Below are positions 9,380 through 18,983 of a stretch of 32,000 nt of DNA, piece by piece. Source of the DNA: Dysgonomonas capnocytophagoides DSM 22835 (lineage in GTDB: Bacteria > Bacteroidota > Bacteroidia > Bacteroidales > Dysgonomonadaceae); assembly GCF_000426485.1 (NCBI RefSeq), contig NZ_KE384530.1, positions 136,829 through 168,828 of the forward strand, written 5' to 3'. The translations under genes were made by a program, and so were the position numbers. The first letter of the stretch is position 1. Each line of letters starts with the position of its first letter. The notes beneath the pieces are model-generated. The model had not been told where the DNA came from, made no database searches, and worked only from the letters and a program-made list of their open reading frames with translations.

Positions 9380-10531
9380 TTAAAAAACGATTTGCATTTG
9401 TGCATATACAGTATTACTGTCTTCTGCACCCCATTTTTTAGAATAGTTCGAATGGATGTAGTTTAATTGGAATCTGCATTGAGGGAAGAAATAGTAGTTT
9501 AACCCCAAGGTATAATCCATCACTTCACTGTTGATAGCTTTGTTGTTATTGTAATAATCGACTTTAGCTACAGCATTGAATTTTTTAGGAGCAAAATAGT
9601 ATAGCAGCGAGCCGTACACTCCTTCACGGTCTATACCTCCGTCATTTCCTTTGAACCATTCGGCACGGGCTGTCAATCGGTCTGTTTGGTAGTCTGAACT
9701 GATACCCCAGCGGTTTCTTACATGGTCGGCAGTTGTAATTCCACCATCGTTTGAATATGTGGCCTGTCCGAAATAAGCTCCGGCTCCTACTCTGAAGCCT
9801 TTTATGGGCTGTAATAGCAGAGTTCCGGCAAAGTCCTTAGTATTATTTTGTTCGCGGGTAGTGATCCCCGATCCCTGAAATACACCGAGTGAATATTGGA
9901 TCAGATCGTGATTACCCATTGGTGCTAATGATCCGGATGCCTGAATACCGATGTCACGACCGCCATTGTTTCTGTTGTTCTGTTTTTTCATCACATCATC
10001 GCCCATGCTTACTAAACTGGAGATTGTTCGGGAATACATTACGGTTTCCAGATTAGTGAGGCTGATTTGATTTTCTAAAGAGAAAGGTACTTTAAACTGT
10101 CCGGCTCTGATGTTGAATTGTTTTGTAGGTGTCCAATCCAAATATAATTCATGTAAAAGCGGATCGACTAGTTCAGCCATAATAAAGTAGCTTATGCTGT
10201 TGGTAAGTTTTCCGTTCATATGAAGAAACGCTACACGGGGTTCAAAATCGTGTTTTACATTCGATACATCGCTGTATTTGTACATCAATAAGCCATAGCC
10301 GCCAAATTTCATATACGGTGTATTGAATGCATCTCTGACCTTGTCTACTTTCTGAGACAAGGATACAGGTTGAGATTGTTTGTTGTTTTCTTTGGCTATT
10401 TCATCAGCTTCCTGCTGAGTAAGGACTTGTTTGTCGACAAGCTTCTTAAGTAAGGCGTTGTCGTCATTCTTTTGTCCGAATACACACATTGCAGACAAAA
10501 GTAGGGCTCCTGATAGTAGTAATTTTTTCAT
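9380..10531 (-). CDS. Phosphate-selective porin O/P family outer membrane protein
   Basis: 383 aa, signal peptide, KFGGYGLLMYKYSD, FNIRAGQFKVPFSLENQISLTNLETVMYSR, C-terminal aromatic residue. Confidence 0.82.
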   Translation of the reverse strand: MKKLLLSGALLLSAMCVFGQKNDDNALLKKLVDKQVLTQQEADEIAKENNKQSQPVSLSQKVDKVRDAFNTPYMKFGGYGLLMYKYSDVSNVKHDFEPRVAFLHMNGKLTNSISYFIMAELVDPLLHELYLDWTPTKQFNIRAGQFKVPFSLENQISLTNLETVMYSRTISSLVSMGDDVMKKQNNRNNGGRDIGIQASGSLAPMGNHDLIQYSLGVFQGSGITTREQNNTKDFAGTLLLQPIKGFRVGAGAYFGQATYSNDGGITTADHVRNRWGISSDYQTDRLTARAEWFKGNDGGIDREGVYGSLLYYFAPKKFNAVAKVDYYNNNKAINSEVMDYTLGLNYYFFPQCRFQLNYIHSNYSKKWGAEDSNTVYAQMQIVF

Positions 10532-10785
10532 GGTCTGAGTTTTTACGTCAAAAATAAAGAATTTTTTTAAGTAAGAATAAGCGGTTGTCTTCGATTTCTT
10601 TGAGTGTTATTTTAAGTGTTATTCAGATGTTGATCATTTAAAGCAGCACCGTTTATCCTAATATCATAGGTTTCTAAATTAGTGAAAAAATGCGAAAATA
10701 TATAAATATATATATAAAATCTATCTGTTTGTAAATCTGTTATTTGTTTAGCTGAGGTCTTATAAGCCTTACCTGTTGAAAAAAG

Positions 10786-11637
10786 TCAGGAGTGAATGAT
10801 ATAGAAAACAAGTTCGAGATATACAAATTGTGCAGGAATCGAGAATATGACGCTGTCTATTCTGTCTAGAATACCTCCGTGCCCGGGAAGAAGGTCTCCT
10901 GAGTCCTTTACATCAAGGGTTCGTTTCATCAGAGATTCGATAAGGTCTCCTAAAGTTCCGGCAGAGATCATTATGACAGCAAATCCAATCCATGCCCATA
11001 ATGGGAGCTCAGTATAGAATTGAGCATAAATAATGGCTGCGACTATTGAGAATAATGCTCCTCCGATGAACCCCTCCCATGATTTTTTAGGAGAGACACG
11101 TTCAAATAACCTATGTTTGCCGAAAAGAGAACCTGTGAGATAGGCAAACGAATCATTAACCCAAATGAATATGAATAGAGCTAACAACAGCGCATGGTGA
11201 TAAGAGCCTGTCAATCCTTTGTATCCGAAAGCCAGAAAGTTCAGCAGCGATAAGGGGATGGCGATATACATTTGTCCTAATACTGCATACGCAAGTGATA
11301 AAATAGGATTTGGGTGTTTGGCATATAATTCAGACACAAAAAGTATCAGAAGATAGATAGCATATGGCACTAAAAGTATAAGTGAATGGCTCGTAGATGA
11401 AAAGAAGAAGTATGCACTGATAAACAGGCATAACCCTCCTATTGTATTTAGTATTTTATTTAGTGGTGTTTTACCGGCTTTGCTGAGCAGTCCGTAAAAT
11501 TCATAGAGAGCCAAAGACGTAATGATTGAAAATACAATCAGGAAAGTATATTGGTTGAAGAGGATACCGCCCATTAGTAAGCAAATGAATATTACTCCGG
11601 TAAAAATGCGCGTTCCTAGATTCTTTAGATTTAGCAC
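10786..11637 (-). CDS. cdsA: Phosphatidate cytidylyltransferase
   Basis: 283 aa, polytopic, C-terminal CDP-DAG synthase signature KRTLDVKDSGDLLPGHGGILDRIDS. Confidence 0.95.
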   Translation of the reverse strand: MLNLKNLGTRIFTGVIFICLLMGGILFNQYTFLIVFSIITSLALYEFYGLLSKAGKTPLNKILNTIGGLCLFISAYFFFSSTSHSLILLVPYAIYLLILFVSELYAKHPNPILSLAYAVLGQMYIAIPLSLLNFLAFGYKGLTGSYHHALLLALFIFIWVNDSFAYLTGSLFGKHRLFERVSPKKSWEGFIGGALFSIVAAIIYAQFYTELPLWAWIGFAVIMISAGTLGDLIESLMKRTLDVKDSGDLLPGHGGILDRIDSVIFSIPAQFVYLELVFYIIHS

Positions 11638-11737
11638 CTGTTTTATGATTTTAGCAGAAAAGCACCTGCTTAATTTTAGAATACTGCAAATATAATGAAA
11701 AAGGTATAGTTTATGAACTATACCTTTTCAGTTAATT

Positions 11738-13786
11738 TTATTCTGATTGATCTTCTGAAGCCAAGAGGGGGGAGCCCGGCTGTGATACATCCGGTTCCGA
11801 TATCTGATTCTCAGACTCTTTAGGTTTATCCGCCTGTTTGGGAGGTTCCTGTTGGTGCTCGGCTTCTTTCAGTATTTCTTCCGAACGAGAAATCCATTGA
11901 CGCTGACCGAATATCTCTTTGAGGTTATCGGAGAATATGACTTCTTTTTCGAGAAGAAGATCTGCCAACTTATTATGTCCTTCGGCATGTTCGCGTAATA
12001 GGCTTTTGGCTCTTTCGTATTGAGTATTGATCATTTCCTGAACTTCTTTGTCTATGATCAACGCAGTCTCTTCGCTATAGGGTTTTGTAAATCCATATCC
12101 CTGGCCTGTAGAATCATAAAAACATACGTTTGGAATATTCGGACTCATACCCATGTACGAGATCATTGCATAGGCTTGTTTGGTGACACGCTCAAGGTCA
12201 TTCATTGCACCGGACGATATTTGACCTATAAATACTTCTTCTGCAGCACGTCCTCCCAATAAGGCACAAAGCTCATCAAGCATTTGTTCCTTGGTTGTGA
12301 TCTGTCTTTCTTCGGGCAGATACCAGGCTGCACCCAATGCTTTACCACGTGGCACGATTGTAACCTTAACCAACGGATCGGCATGTTCAAGAAACCAGCT
12401 TAGAGTAGCGTGCCCAGCTTCGTGTATCGCTATTGTTTTACGTTCGTTGAGGGTTGTTACTTTACTTTTCTTTTCAAGTCCCCCTACAATGCGGTCAATC
12501 GCACTTGTGAAATCACTCTCGGTAACAACTTTCTTATGATTACGAGCTGCAATCAAAGCCGCTTCATTACATACATTCGCAATGTCTGCTCCTGAAAATC
12601 CGGGAGTCTGGCGGGCTAAAAACTCGATATCAGCACTGTCGTCTATTTTGATCGGACGTAAGTGTACTTTGAATATTTGTTTACGGTCGTTTAGGTCCGG
12701 CAGGTCAACATAGATCTGACGGTCGAAACGTCCAGCACGAAGTAAGGCTTTATCCAGAATATCGGCACGGTTTGTAGCTGCAAGAACTATTACACCGCTG
12801 TTAGTTCCGAAACCATCCATTTCTGTCAAAAGCTGATTCAGTGTATTCTCGCGCTCGTCATTCGATCCCATATTCGGATTCTTACCACGGGCACGTCCTA
12901 TCGCATCTATTTCGTCAATGAAAATGATACAAGGCGCTTTTTCTTTCGCTTGTTTAAATAAGTCTCTTACACGTGATGCTCCAACTCCCACAAACATTTC
13001 TACGAAGTCAGATCCAGACATAGAAAAGAATGGTACATCAGCTTCGCCTGCAACGGCTTTTGCCAACAAGGTTTTACCTGTTCCCGGAGGGCCAACAAGC
13101 AATGCTCCTTTGGGTATTTTAGCCCCGATTTCGGTATAACGTGACGCATTGCGCAGAAACTCTACCATTTCTTCGAGTTCTTCTTTTGCTTCGGCTAATC
13201 CGGCTACATCTTTAAATGTAATTTTAGCATCCGATCCTTTGTCGTATAACTGTGCTTTGGATTTTCCTACGCTGAATACACCGCCTCCGCCTCCGGAACC
13301 ACCTCCCGACATACGGCGCATAATGTATATCCAGATACCGATAAGAACGATAAAAGGAAGAAAGCCTACGAGCAAATCAGTAAAATCCGATCCGGTTTCG
13401 TAACTTACATCTATCTTGTATTTATTAGTAGCGATAACTTTATCGTAAAAATCCGAAAATTTATCAGCCGATGGTATGCTTACTATGATAGAAGGATCAC
13501 TGCCAACCTTTGATGGTTCCTGGTTGAACACACGTTGTACCGAATCTTTCCGTATATACGCCTGCAAGGAATTCTTCTTATTGTAAACCACAATACGCTC
13601 AACACAATTCTCTTCGGTGTATTTTTGGAAGTCAGACCAGCCGACTTCTTTTACCATTGCGTTTTGCGAAAAGAAGTATATTCCGATAATAGAAGCTAGA
13701 AGAATGATATATATCCAATAGCTCGAAACAGGTATTTTAGGACCTTTACCTTTTGATAAAGGATTTTTATTGTTTCTATTTTCCAT
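11738..13786 (-). CDS. ftsH: ATP-dependent zinc metalloprotease FtsH
   Basis: 682 aa, Walker [15 protein letters not shown] region, HEAGH zinc-binding motif. Confidence 0.98.
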   Translation of the reverse strand: MENRNNKNPLSKGKGPKIPVSSYWIYIILLASIIGIYFFSQNAMVKEVGWSDFQKYTEENCVERIVVYNKKNSLQAYIRKDSVQRVFNQEPSKVGSDPSIIVSIPSADKFSDFYDKVIATNKYKIDVSYETGSDFTDLLVGFLPFIVLIGIWIYIMRRMSGGGSGGGGGVFSVGKSKAQLYDKGSDAKITFKDVAGLAEAKEELEEMVEFLRNASRYTEIGAKIPKGALLVGPPGTGKTLLAKAVAGEADVPFFSMSGSDFVEMFVGVGASRVRDLFKQAKEKAPCIIFIDEIDAIGRARGKNPNMGSNDERENTLNQLLTEMDGFGTNSGVIVLAATNRADILDKALLRAGRFDRQIYVDLPDLNDRKQIFKVHLRPIKIDDSADIEFLARQTPGFSGADIANVCNEAALIAARNHKKVVTESDFTSAIDRIVGGLEKKSKVTTLNERKTIAIHEAGHATLSWFLEHADPLVKVTIVPRGKALGAAWYLPEERQITTKEQMLDELCALLGGRAAEEVFIGQISSGAMNDLERVTKQAYAMISYMGMSPNIPNVCFYDSTGQGYGFTKPYSEETALIIDKEVQEMINTQYERAKSLLREHAEGHNKLADLLLEKEVIFSDNLKEIFGQRQWISRSEEILKEAEHQQEPPKQADKPKESENQISEPDVSQPGSPLLASEDQSE

Positions 13787-13792
13787 ATAATG

Positions 13793-13849
13793 AAGGTCGC
13801 AGACCTTTTTTGTTATCTATTTCCAATTCAAAATAAGGCCTCAGACCTT
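13793..13849 (-). repeat. Two tandem leader hairpin motifs upstream of ftsH
   Basis: Sense AAGGTCTGCGACCTT (13793-13807) and AAGGTCTGAGGCCTT (13835-13849), each preceded by A runs. Confidence 0.65.
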
Positions 13850-14019
13850 TTTGTTGATTTTGCAAGCATAACAGCAACAGTTGGTTATCGCTTGAATGCA
13901 TTATTAAATACTTTCTGTCACTTAATATGATACTTCTGAAAAGTAACAGAAATTAAAATCCCTGAACTTTAATTCTGTTTATTCATAACATTTTAATGTT
14001 TTGATTGTTCAGCCCTGAA

Positions 14020-14379
14020 CTAATCTATATCAGGAATCTGCTCCAATTTAGCATCCGCCCATAGGTGTTCCAGATCATAGAATTCACGAAGTTCAGGTAT
14101 AAAGATATGAACAATTACTGTGCCATAGTCTATACCAACCCATCTGGCTTCACGCATTCCATCCATTGTGATAGGTCTTTCGTTCGATTTTTTCTTGAGA
14201 CTGTCAACTACCTCATCTGCAATGGCAGAGACTTGTATTGGGGTATTACCTTCGCAAATAACAAAATATTTGCAGATAGCACCGGGCAGTTCGGACAAAT
14301 CGACAGTTACAATATTTTTTGCTTTTCGATCTTGACATGCAGCCACAATATGATTCACCAGGTTTTTTTCTTCGTTCAT
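14020..14379 (-). CDS. rsfS: Ribosomal silencing factor RsfS
   Basis: 119 aa; KNIVTVDLSELPGAICKYFVICEGNTP... REARWVGIDYGTVIVHIFIPELREFYDLEHLWADA. Confidence 0.95.
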   Translation of the reverse strand: MNEEKNLVNHIVAACQDRKAKNIVTVDLSELPGAICKYFVICEGNTPIQVSAIADEVVDSLKKKSNERPITMDGMREARWVGIDYGTVIVHIFIPELREFYDLEHLWADAKLEQIPDID

Positions 14380-14579
14380 TATTTCTTTTGATCTATTTTA
14401 TATAAATATATTTTATGGTCGCAGAGTTATCCATGTCTCAGTTTATAGATAAAACATGTTGATCTGCGATTTTTGTCTGTTGATTTTTAACATTCAACTT
14501 TCAACCGTTTTTTATTTATTCAAAACTTACTGTTGTTCAATTGTCTTAACAACTATTGCTCTGAGACTTTTCCGATTTG

Positions 14580-14587
14580 CAAAGATA
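14580..14587 (-). promoter_or_regulatory. Candidate -7 box for the rsfS-ftsH-cdsA block
   Basis: Minus strand TATCTTTG matches TAnnTTTG; TTTG at 14612-14615 is spaced 24 nt, longer than the usual spacing. Confidence 0.35.
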
Positions 14588-14700
14588 ACGGTTTTTTTAT
14601 TTTAGAAGACGCAAAACAGTTATATGAGATTTTATTGTCTGATCTTTTTTCAGAAGTTTTAGATGTTTCTTAAGGTATATCTAAAAAAAGACTAACGCAT

Positions 14701-14829
14701 AAAAAGGTGACAAAAGTAACAAGTGAAATGTATTTTTCGGTTTATTGCTTTTTTCAACCATTATCTTTTTTACTTCTAGATCGGCTGCACGTTTTTTAGG
14801 TTATTTCAAAAAAGGTAACAAAGGTAACA
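14701..14829 (+). repeat. Paired AAAAAGGTNACAAARGTWACA element, copy B
   Basis: Plus strand: AAAAAGGTGACAAAAGTAACA (14701-14721) and AAAAAAGGTAACAAAGGTAACA (14808-14829). Confidence 0.7.
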
Positions 14830-14938
14830 GCAAAATCAGTTATCCGTTATCAGTCTTTATTTTCTAATTATCGAATTTTCATGTCGGGACACTGTTTTTC
14901 TTATAGATAAAAAATATAAGTGAAGACAACCAATGATT

Positions 14939-16369
14939 CTATTTTAACGGTTTTAAACCCAAAGACGCTGCTTTTTTTAATAAATACTGATAGGCCGGCT
15001 CGTATTCGTTGGGTATGATTCCGTCTAAGATAGCATCTTTTATAGATGATTTGAGACGTCCTACCTCAGCGCACGGAGACAGACCGAATATTTCCATGAT
15101 TTCTTCACCACCGATAGGCGGTTGAAAATTCCGGACGTGGTCTTTTTCTTCAATATCCTTCATCTTTTGACGGACAATCTGAAAGTTTTTGAGAAAACGG
15201 CGTACTTTATCCTGATTTTTGGAGGTTATATCAGCCTCGCAGAGAATCATCAGGTCTTCAATATCGTCTCCGGCTTCGAATAATAATCTTCTTACCGCCG
15301 AATCGGTTACCTCTTCTTCGACAAGAGTCACCGGACGCATATGCAGACCGACTAGTTTCTGTACATATTTCATTTTTTCGTTCAAAGGGAGTTTCATCCT
15401 GCGGAAAATACCCGGAATCATTTTTTCTCCGATAAAATTGTGATTGTGGAATGTCCATCCAAGGCGTGGATCCCAGCGTTTGGTAGCAGGTTTGGCAATA
15501 TCGTGTAATATAGCAGCCCAACGCAACCACAGATTTTCGGTTTTGCGTGAGATATTATCAAGAACAGTCAATGTATGATAAAAATTATCTTTATGCCCCA
15601 CACCGTCTTTTGTCTCAGCACCTTTCAGCGCAACTAATTCAGGGAAGATAATTTCAAGTAATCCTGTCTGATCCAGAAGCAGAAAACCCACAGAAGGCTT
15701 AGGAGATAAGACTATTTTGTTGAGTTCATCGATAATCCGTTCTTTGGATACTATCTCTATTCGTTCTTTATTGCGGGCAATAGCATCAAATGTCGTATGT
15801 TCTATATCGAAACCTAATTGGCTCGAAAAGCGTATACCCCGCATCATACGAAGCGGGTCGTCACTGAATGTTATGTCGGGATCGAGTGGGGTGCGTATGA
15901 TGCAACGTTCAAGGTCTTCCAATCCGCCAAACGGATCGAGAAGTTCTCCGAATCTCTGTTTGTTGAGGCATACAGCCAATGCATTTATGGTGAAGTCTCT
16001 CCTGTTCTGGTCATCTTCGAGAGTTCCATCTTCAACAAAGGGTTTGCGCGAGCCTCTTTCGTAGGACTCACGGCGAGCCCCTACAAACTCTACTTCTATA
16101 TTCTTATATTTTATCTGAGCTGTTCCGAAATTATGGAATACCGATAGTTTTGTGCCTTTACCTAGTTTATCCGCAACAGCTTTCGCCAGATCAATGCCTT
16201 TGCCTACGGTTACCACATCTATATCTTTTGATGGGCGGTACAGGAATATGTCACGCACGTATCCGCCTATCGCATAGCACTCGAGATTCATGCTGTCGGC
16301 AGTTTCACTGATTATATCGAATATTTTTCCGGAGAAGTACCGTTCTATTTTTTCTTGGTCTAAATACAT
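14939..16369 (-). CDS. cca: CCA tRNA nucleotidyltransferase / poly(A) polymerase family with HD domain
   Basis: ORF track gives 14939..16429; the conserved start is more likely MYLDQEKIERYFSGK at 16369. Motifs AIGGYVRD, DIDVVTVG, RRDFTINALA, and HD motif AAILHDIAKP. Confidence 0.93.
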   Translation of the reverse strand: MYLDQEKIERYFSGKIFDIISETADSMNLECYAIGGYVRDIFLYRPSKDIDVVTVGKGIDLAKAVADKLGKGTKLSVFHNFGTAQIKYKNIEVEFVGARRESYERGSRKPFVEDGTLEDDQNRRDFTINALAVCLNKQRFGELLDPFGGLEDLERCIIRTPLDPDITFSDDPLRMMRGIRFSSQLGFDIEHTTFDAIARNKERIEIVSKERIIDELNKIVLSPKPSVGFLLLDQTGLLEIIFPELVALKGAETKDGVGHKDNFYHTLTVLDNISRKTENLWLRWAAILHDIAKPATKRWDPRLGWTFHNHNFIGEKMIPGIFRRMKLPLNEKMKYVQKLVGLHMRPVTLVEEEVTDSAVRRLLFEAGDDIEDLMILCEADITSKNQDKVRRFLKNFQIVRQKMKDIEEKDHVRNFQPPIGGEEIMEIFGLSPCAEVGRLKSSIKDAILDGIIPNEYEPAYQYLLKKAASLGLKPLK

Positions 16370-16425
16370 CTTAAGTTTCTTATCTACAAAAAGCAGCAAG
16401 GCTTTAAATTTCTCGCAAAAATACA

Positions 16426-16464
16426 ACAATCCGACTTATAAGCTGTAAAATAATGCTATTTTTG
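16426..16464. promoter_or_regulatory. Divergent -7-like boxes for cca (minus) and lipoprotein gene (plus)
   Basis: CAAAAATA 16426-16433 (minus TATTTTTG) and TATTTTTG 16457-16464 (plus); no clear -33 boxes seen. Confidence 0.35.
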
Positions 16465-16485
16465 TAAAAACAGAATTCTGGGATT

Positions 16486-17346
16486 ATGAAGAAATATATA
16501 TGTATACTAGCCTCTGTGAGCGGGTTGCTGATGTTTAACTCGTGTCAGGAAAAGACAAATGAAGAAGCTGTTAAATATCTGGCTGAAACGAAATCATTGT
16601 ACGAAAAAGGTGCTTATCAGGAAGCGTTGGGCAGAATTGACAGTATTCAGGCTTTATTTCCGAAAGCTTTCCCCGAAATAAAAGAAGCATTGACACTTAA
16701 ACAGGATGTGAGAAAAGCATTCGATACAAAGCAGATTACCGATTGCGACTCATTAATGGCTGTGTACCAACCAAAAATTGATTCGGTTAAAAAGCTTTTT
16801 GTATATCAGAAAGACAAGGAGGATACTAAAGGTGTTTTTATCCCTAAAGCAGTATCTTCTCCATTGTTAACTTCAACTATGCTGCGTGCAGGAGTTCAGG
16901 AAGAAGGCCCTATGTATATAGAAAGTGTTTATATCGGAGGGCAATATCATAATACTATTCAGGTAAAAGCGAAAGATGGTTCTGTTGCAGAGACAAAACC
17001 GATTGATGATGAAGGCCTCAACTTCCGTTTCAGCCATATGGGGAGACAATATGAAGTTATAAAAGCGGCTCAGTTTCACGATAACGGGCTGGCCGGATTC
17101 ATTGTTGCCAATGCCTCACAGCCTATGACTGTAACACTGAAAGGAAAAAATACAACTTCGTTTGGTTTATCGAATATCCACAAAAAGGCAATAACGGACT
17201 CATATACTTTATCTAAACTTCTGCTGACTCAGGACAGCCTGATGGGTGCTAAAGATAAAGCAACATTGCGGATCAAATATGTTGATGAGCAGAAACAAAA
17301 AGCCGAAGCTCTTAAAATTGAACAAGAAAAACAAAAATCGAAATAA
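16486..17346 (+). CDS. Putative lipoprotein of unknown function
   Basis: 286 aa, signal peptide with lipobox-like LLMFNSCQE; tail rich in Lys/Gln/Glu (coiled-coil-like). Confidence 0.7.
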   Translation: MKKYICILASVSGLLMFNSCQEKTNEEAVKYLAETKSLYEKGAYQEALGRIDSIQALFPKAFPEIKEALTLKQDVRKAFDTKQITDCDSLMAVYQPKIDSVKKLFVYQKDKEDTKGVFIPKAVSSPLLTSTMLRAGVQEEGPMYIESVYIGGQYHNTIQVKAKDGSVAETKPIDDEGLNFRFSHMGRQYEVIKAAQFHDNGLAGFIVANASQPMTVTLKGKNTTSFGLSNIHKKAITDSYTLSKLLLTQDSLMGAKDKATLRIKYVDEQKQKAEALKIEQEKQKSK

Positions 17347-17359
17347 CGGGTTCAATAAA

Positions 17360-18277
17360 TTATTCCGAAAGCAGTCTTTTAACAAGGGCTGCTTTTTCTT
17401 TGTCGGGTAATGTTCCGTCTATCCATCTGATTTGTAGTCCCCGTTTTTCCATGCCCCTGAACCAAGTCATCTGGCGTTTAGCAAACTGATGAATTGCAAT
17501 CTCAAGTTGAGAGAACATTTCTTTATAGCTTAGTTCTTTTATCAGGTATTGAGTCACAAATTTATATTCCAATCCGTAATAAAGCAGGTTTTCAGCGGAT
17601 ATTCCCTTGTCGAGCAATCCTTGTACCTCTTCTATCATTCCTTCTTTCAAGCGGGTTTTCAGACGGCGGGTGATACGTTCACGGCGAAGTTCCCTATCTA
17701 CATCTACTCCAAGTATCAGGCTGTTTATCGGCGGATATTCGTTGCAGTCTGTCGGGTTTGCCTTTTTATATTCTTCTATTTCGATTGCTCTGATGGCACG
17801 TTGAGCTGTGTCTACGTCTGTAGAATTGTGCAGGTCTTTATATGAGGTCAGTATCGTTGTTAACTCTTCGAGGTTTTTACCTTCAAGCTTTTTTCTCAGC
17901 TCTTTATTTTCTGGTACATTAATGAGGTTGTATCCTTTTAATACCGATTCGATATATAGTCCCGATCCTCCGCAAAGGACAGGCAACCTGTCTTTTGCCC
18001 GAATGTTGGTGTATGCATCGTGAAAGTCGTGCTGGTACTCAAATATATTATATTTATATCCTGCGTCTTTGATATCTATCAGATGATACTTTACAGGATT
18101 CCCCTCGACAATATAATCATCAAGGTCTTTACCTGTACCGATATCCATGCCACGGTACACTTGCCGGGAGTCTCCGCTTATAATCTCGGTTTCCAGCTCG
18201 TATGCCAAACGGCAGGCAAAAGACGTTTTGCCGGAAGCCGTAGGGCCCAGTATCGTTATTAAGTCGTAATTGGCCAT
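17360..18277 (-). CDS. miaA: tRNA dimethylallyltransferase
   Basis: 305 aa; LITILGPTASGKTSFACRLA, EIISGDSRQVYRGMDIGTGK, IEIEEYKKANPTD, FAKRQMTWFRG. Confidence 0.97.
   Translation of the reverse strand: MANYDLITILGPTASGKTSFACRLAYELETEIISGDSRQVYRGMDIGTGKDLDDYIVEGNPVKYHLIDIKDAGYKYNIFEYQHDFHDAYTNIRAKDRLPVLCGGSGLYIESVLKGYNLINVPENKELRKKLEGKNLEELTTILTSYKDLHNSTDVDTAQRAIRAIEIEEYKKANPTDCNEYPPINSLILGVDVDRELRRERITRRLKTRLKEGMIEEVQGLLDKGISAENLLYYGLEYKFVTQYLIKELSYKEMFSQLEIAIHQFAKRQMTWFRGMEKRGLQIRWIDGTLPDKEKAALVKRLLSE
17368..17397 (+). terminator. Putative terminator for the 16486-17346 lipoprotein gene, located inside the 3' end of miaA
   Basis: AAAGCAG(TCTT)...(AAGGG)CTGCTTTTT stem with T run on plus strand. 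Confidence 0.5.
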
Positions 18278-18305
18278 ATAGATGCAAATTTACAGTTTTT
18301 AGAAT

Positions 18306-18341
18306 AATCCACATCTTTCTTTCGAAAGAATGATGTGGATT
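18306..18341. repeat. 36-bp near-perfect palindrome
   Basis: AATCCACATC-T-TTCTTTCGAAAGAA-T-GATGTGGATT; only the single T/T pair mismatches. Confidence 0.9.
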
Positions 18342-18465
18342 CAAATCTATGACGGTAGAATAATTAATTGTTATATAATGTTAATCTGTGAATTTTTTTA
18401 TTTCGTAACATTGTTATAATCAATAATAGTTACCTCTGTGTAAGTTTATTACACCGTGATAACTT

Positions 18466-18497
18466 CTTGTCAGGACAGAATAACTATAATAGATTTG
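18466..18497 (+). promoter_or_regulatory. Candidate Bacteroidota-type promoter for the DoxX gene set
   Basis: CTTG at 18466-18469, 20 nt spacer, TAGATTTG at 18490-18497 matches TAnnTTTG. Confidence 0.5.
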
Positions 18498-18544
18498 CTC
18501 TCAATAATAAAGTAAGTATAAAAAAGTAACTAATGTGTATTAAG

Positions 18545-18955
18545 ATGAAATATCTCGAAAAAAACAATGATTTAGGATTATTAATTCTGAGACTGAGTGT
18601 CGGAGGATTAATGTTATTGCACGGTATATCTAAATTGGTTCACGGAGCCGGTTTTATCGAACAGGTTGTTGAAGGGGCCGGTTTACCCACTTTTATCTCT
18701 TATGGAGTATATATAGGCGAAGTGCTTATGCCTTTACTTATAATCATCGGACTGGCAACAAGAGGTGCTGCTTTGATTTTCGCCTTTAATTGTTTGGTTG
18801 CAGCCTTGCTGGTACATGCTCATGAGATATTCTCACTGAACGAACAAGGTGGATGGACAGTAGAGCTGTTAGGTTTGTTCTTCTTTGGAGCAATAGTTCT
18901 GGTCTTTACCGGAGGTGGTAAATATGCGGTTAGCAATAAATATCTATGGGATTGA
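18545..18955 (+). CDS. DoxX family membrane protein
   Basis: LGLLILRLSVGGLMLLHGISKL, followed by transmembrane segments; start chosen at MKYLEKNN (ORF track allows 18533). Confidence 0.88.
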   Translation: MKYLEKNNDLGLLILRLSVGGLMLLHGISKLVHGAGFIEQVVEGAGLPTFISYGVYIGEVLMPLLIIIGLATRGAALIFAFNCLVAALLVHAHEIFSLNEQGGWTVELLGLFFFGAIVLVFTGGGKYAVSNKYLWD

Positions 18956-18983
18956 ATTATAAACAAATAAATAAACAGGAAAA

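Noticed and set aside
12020-13403. Plus-strand ORFs across ftsH
   Set aside because: Antisense shadow ORFs of a highly conserved gene.
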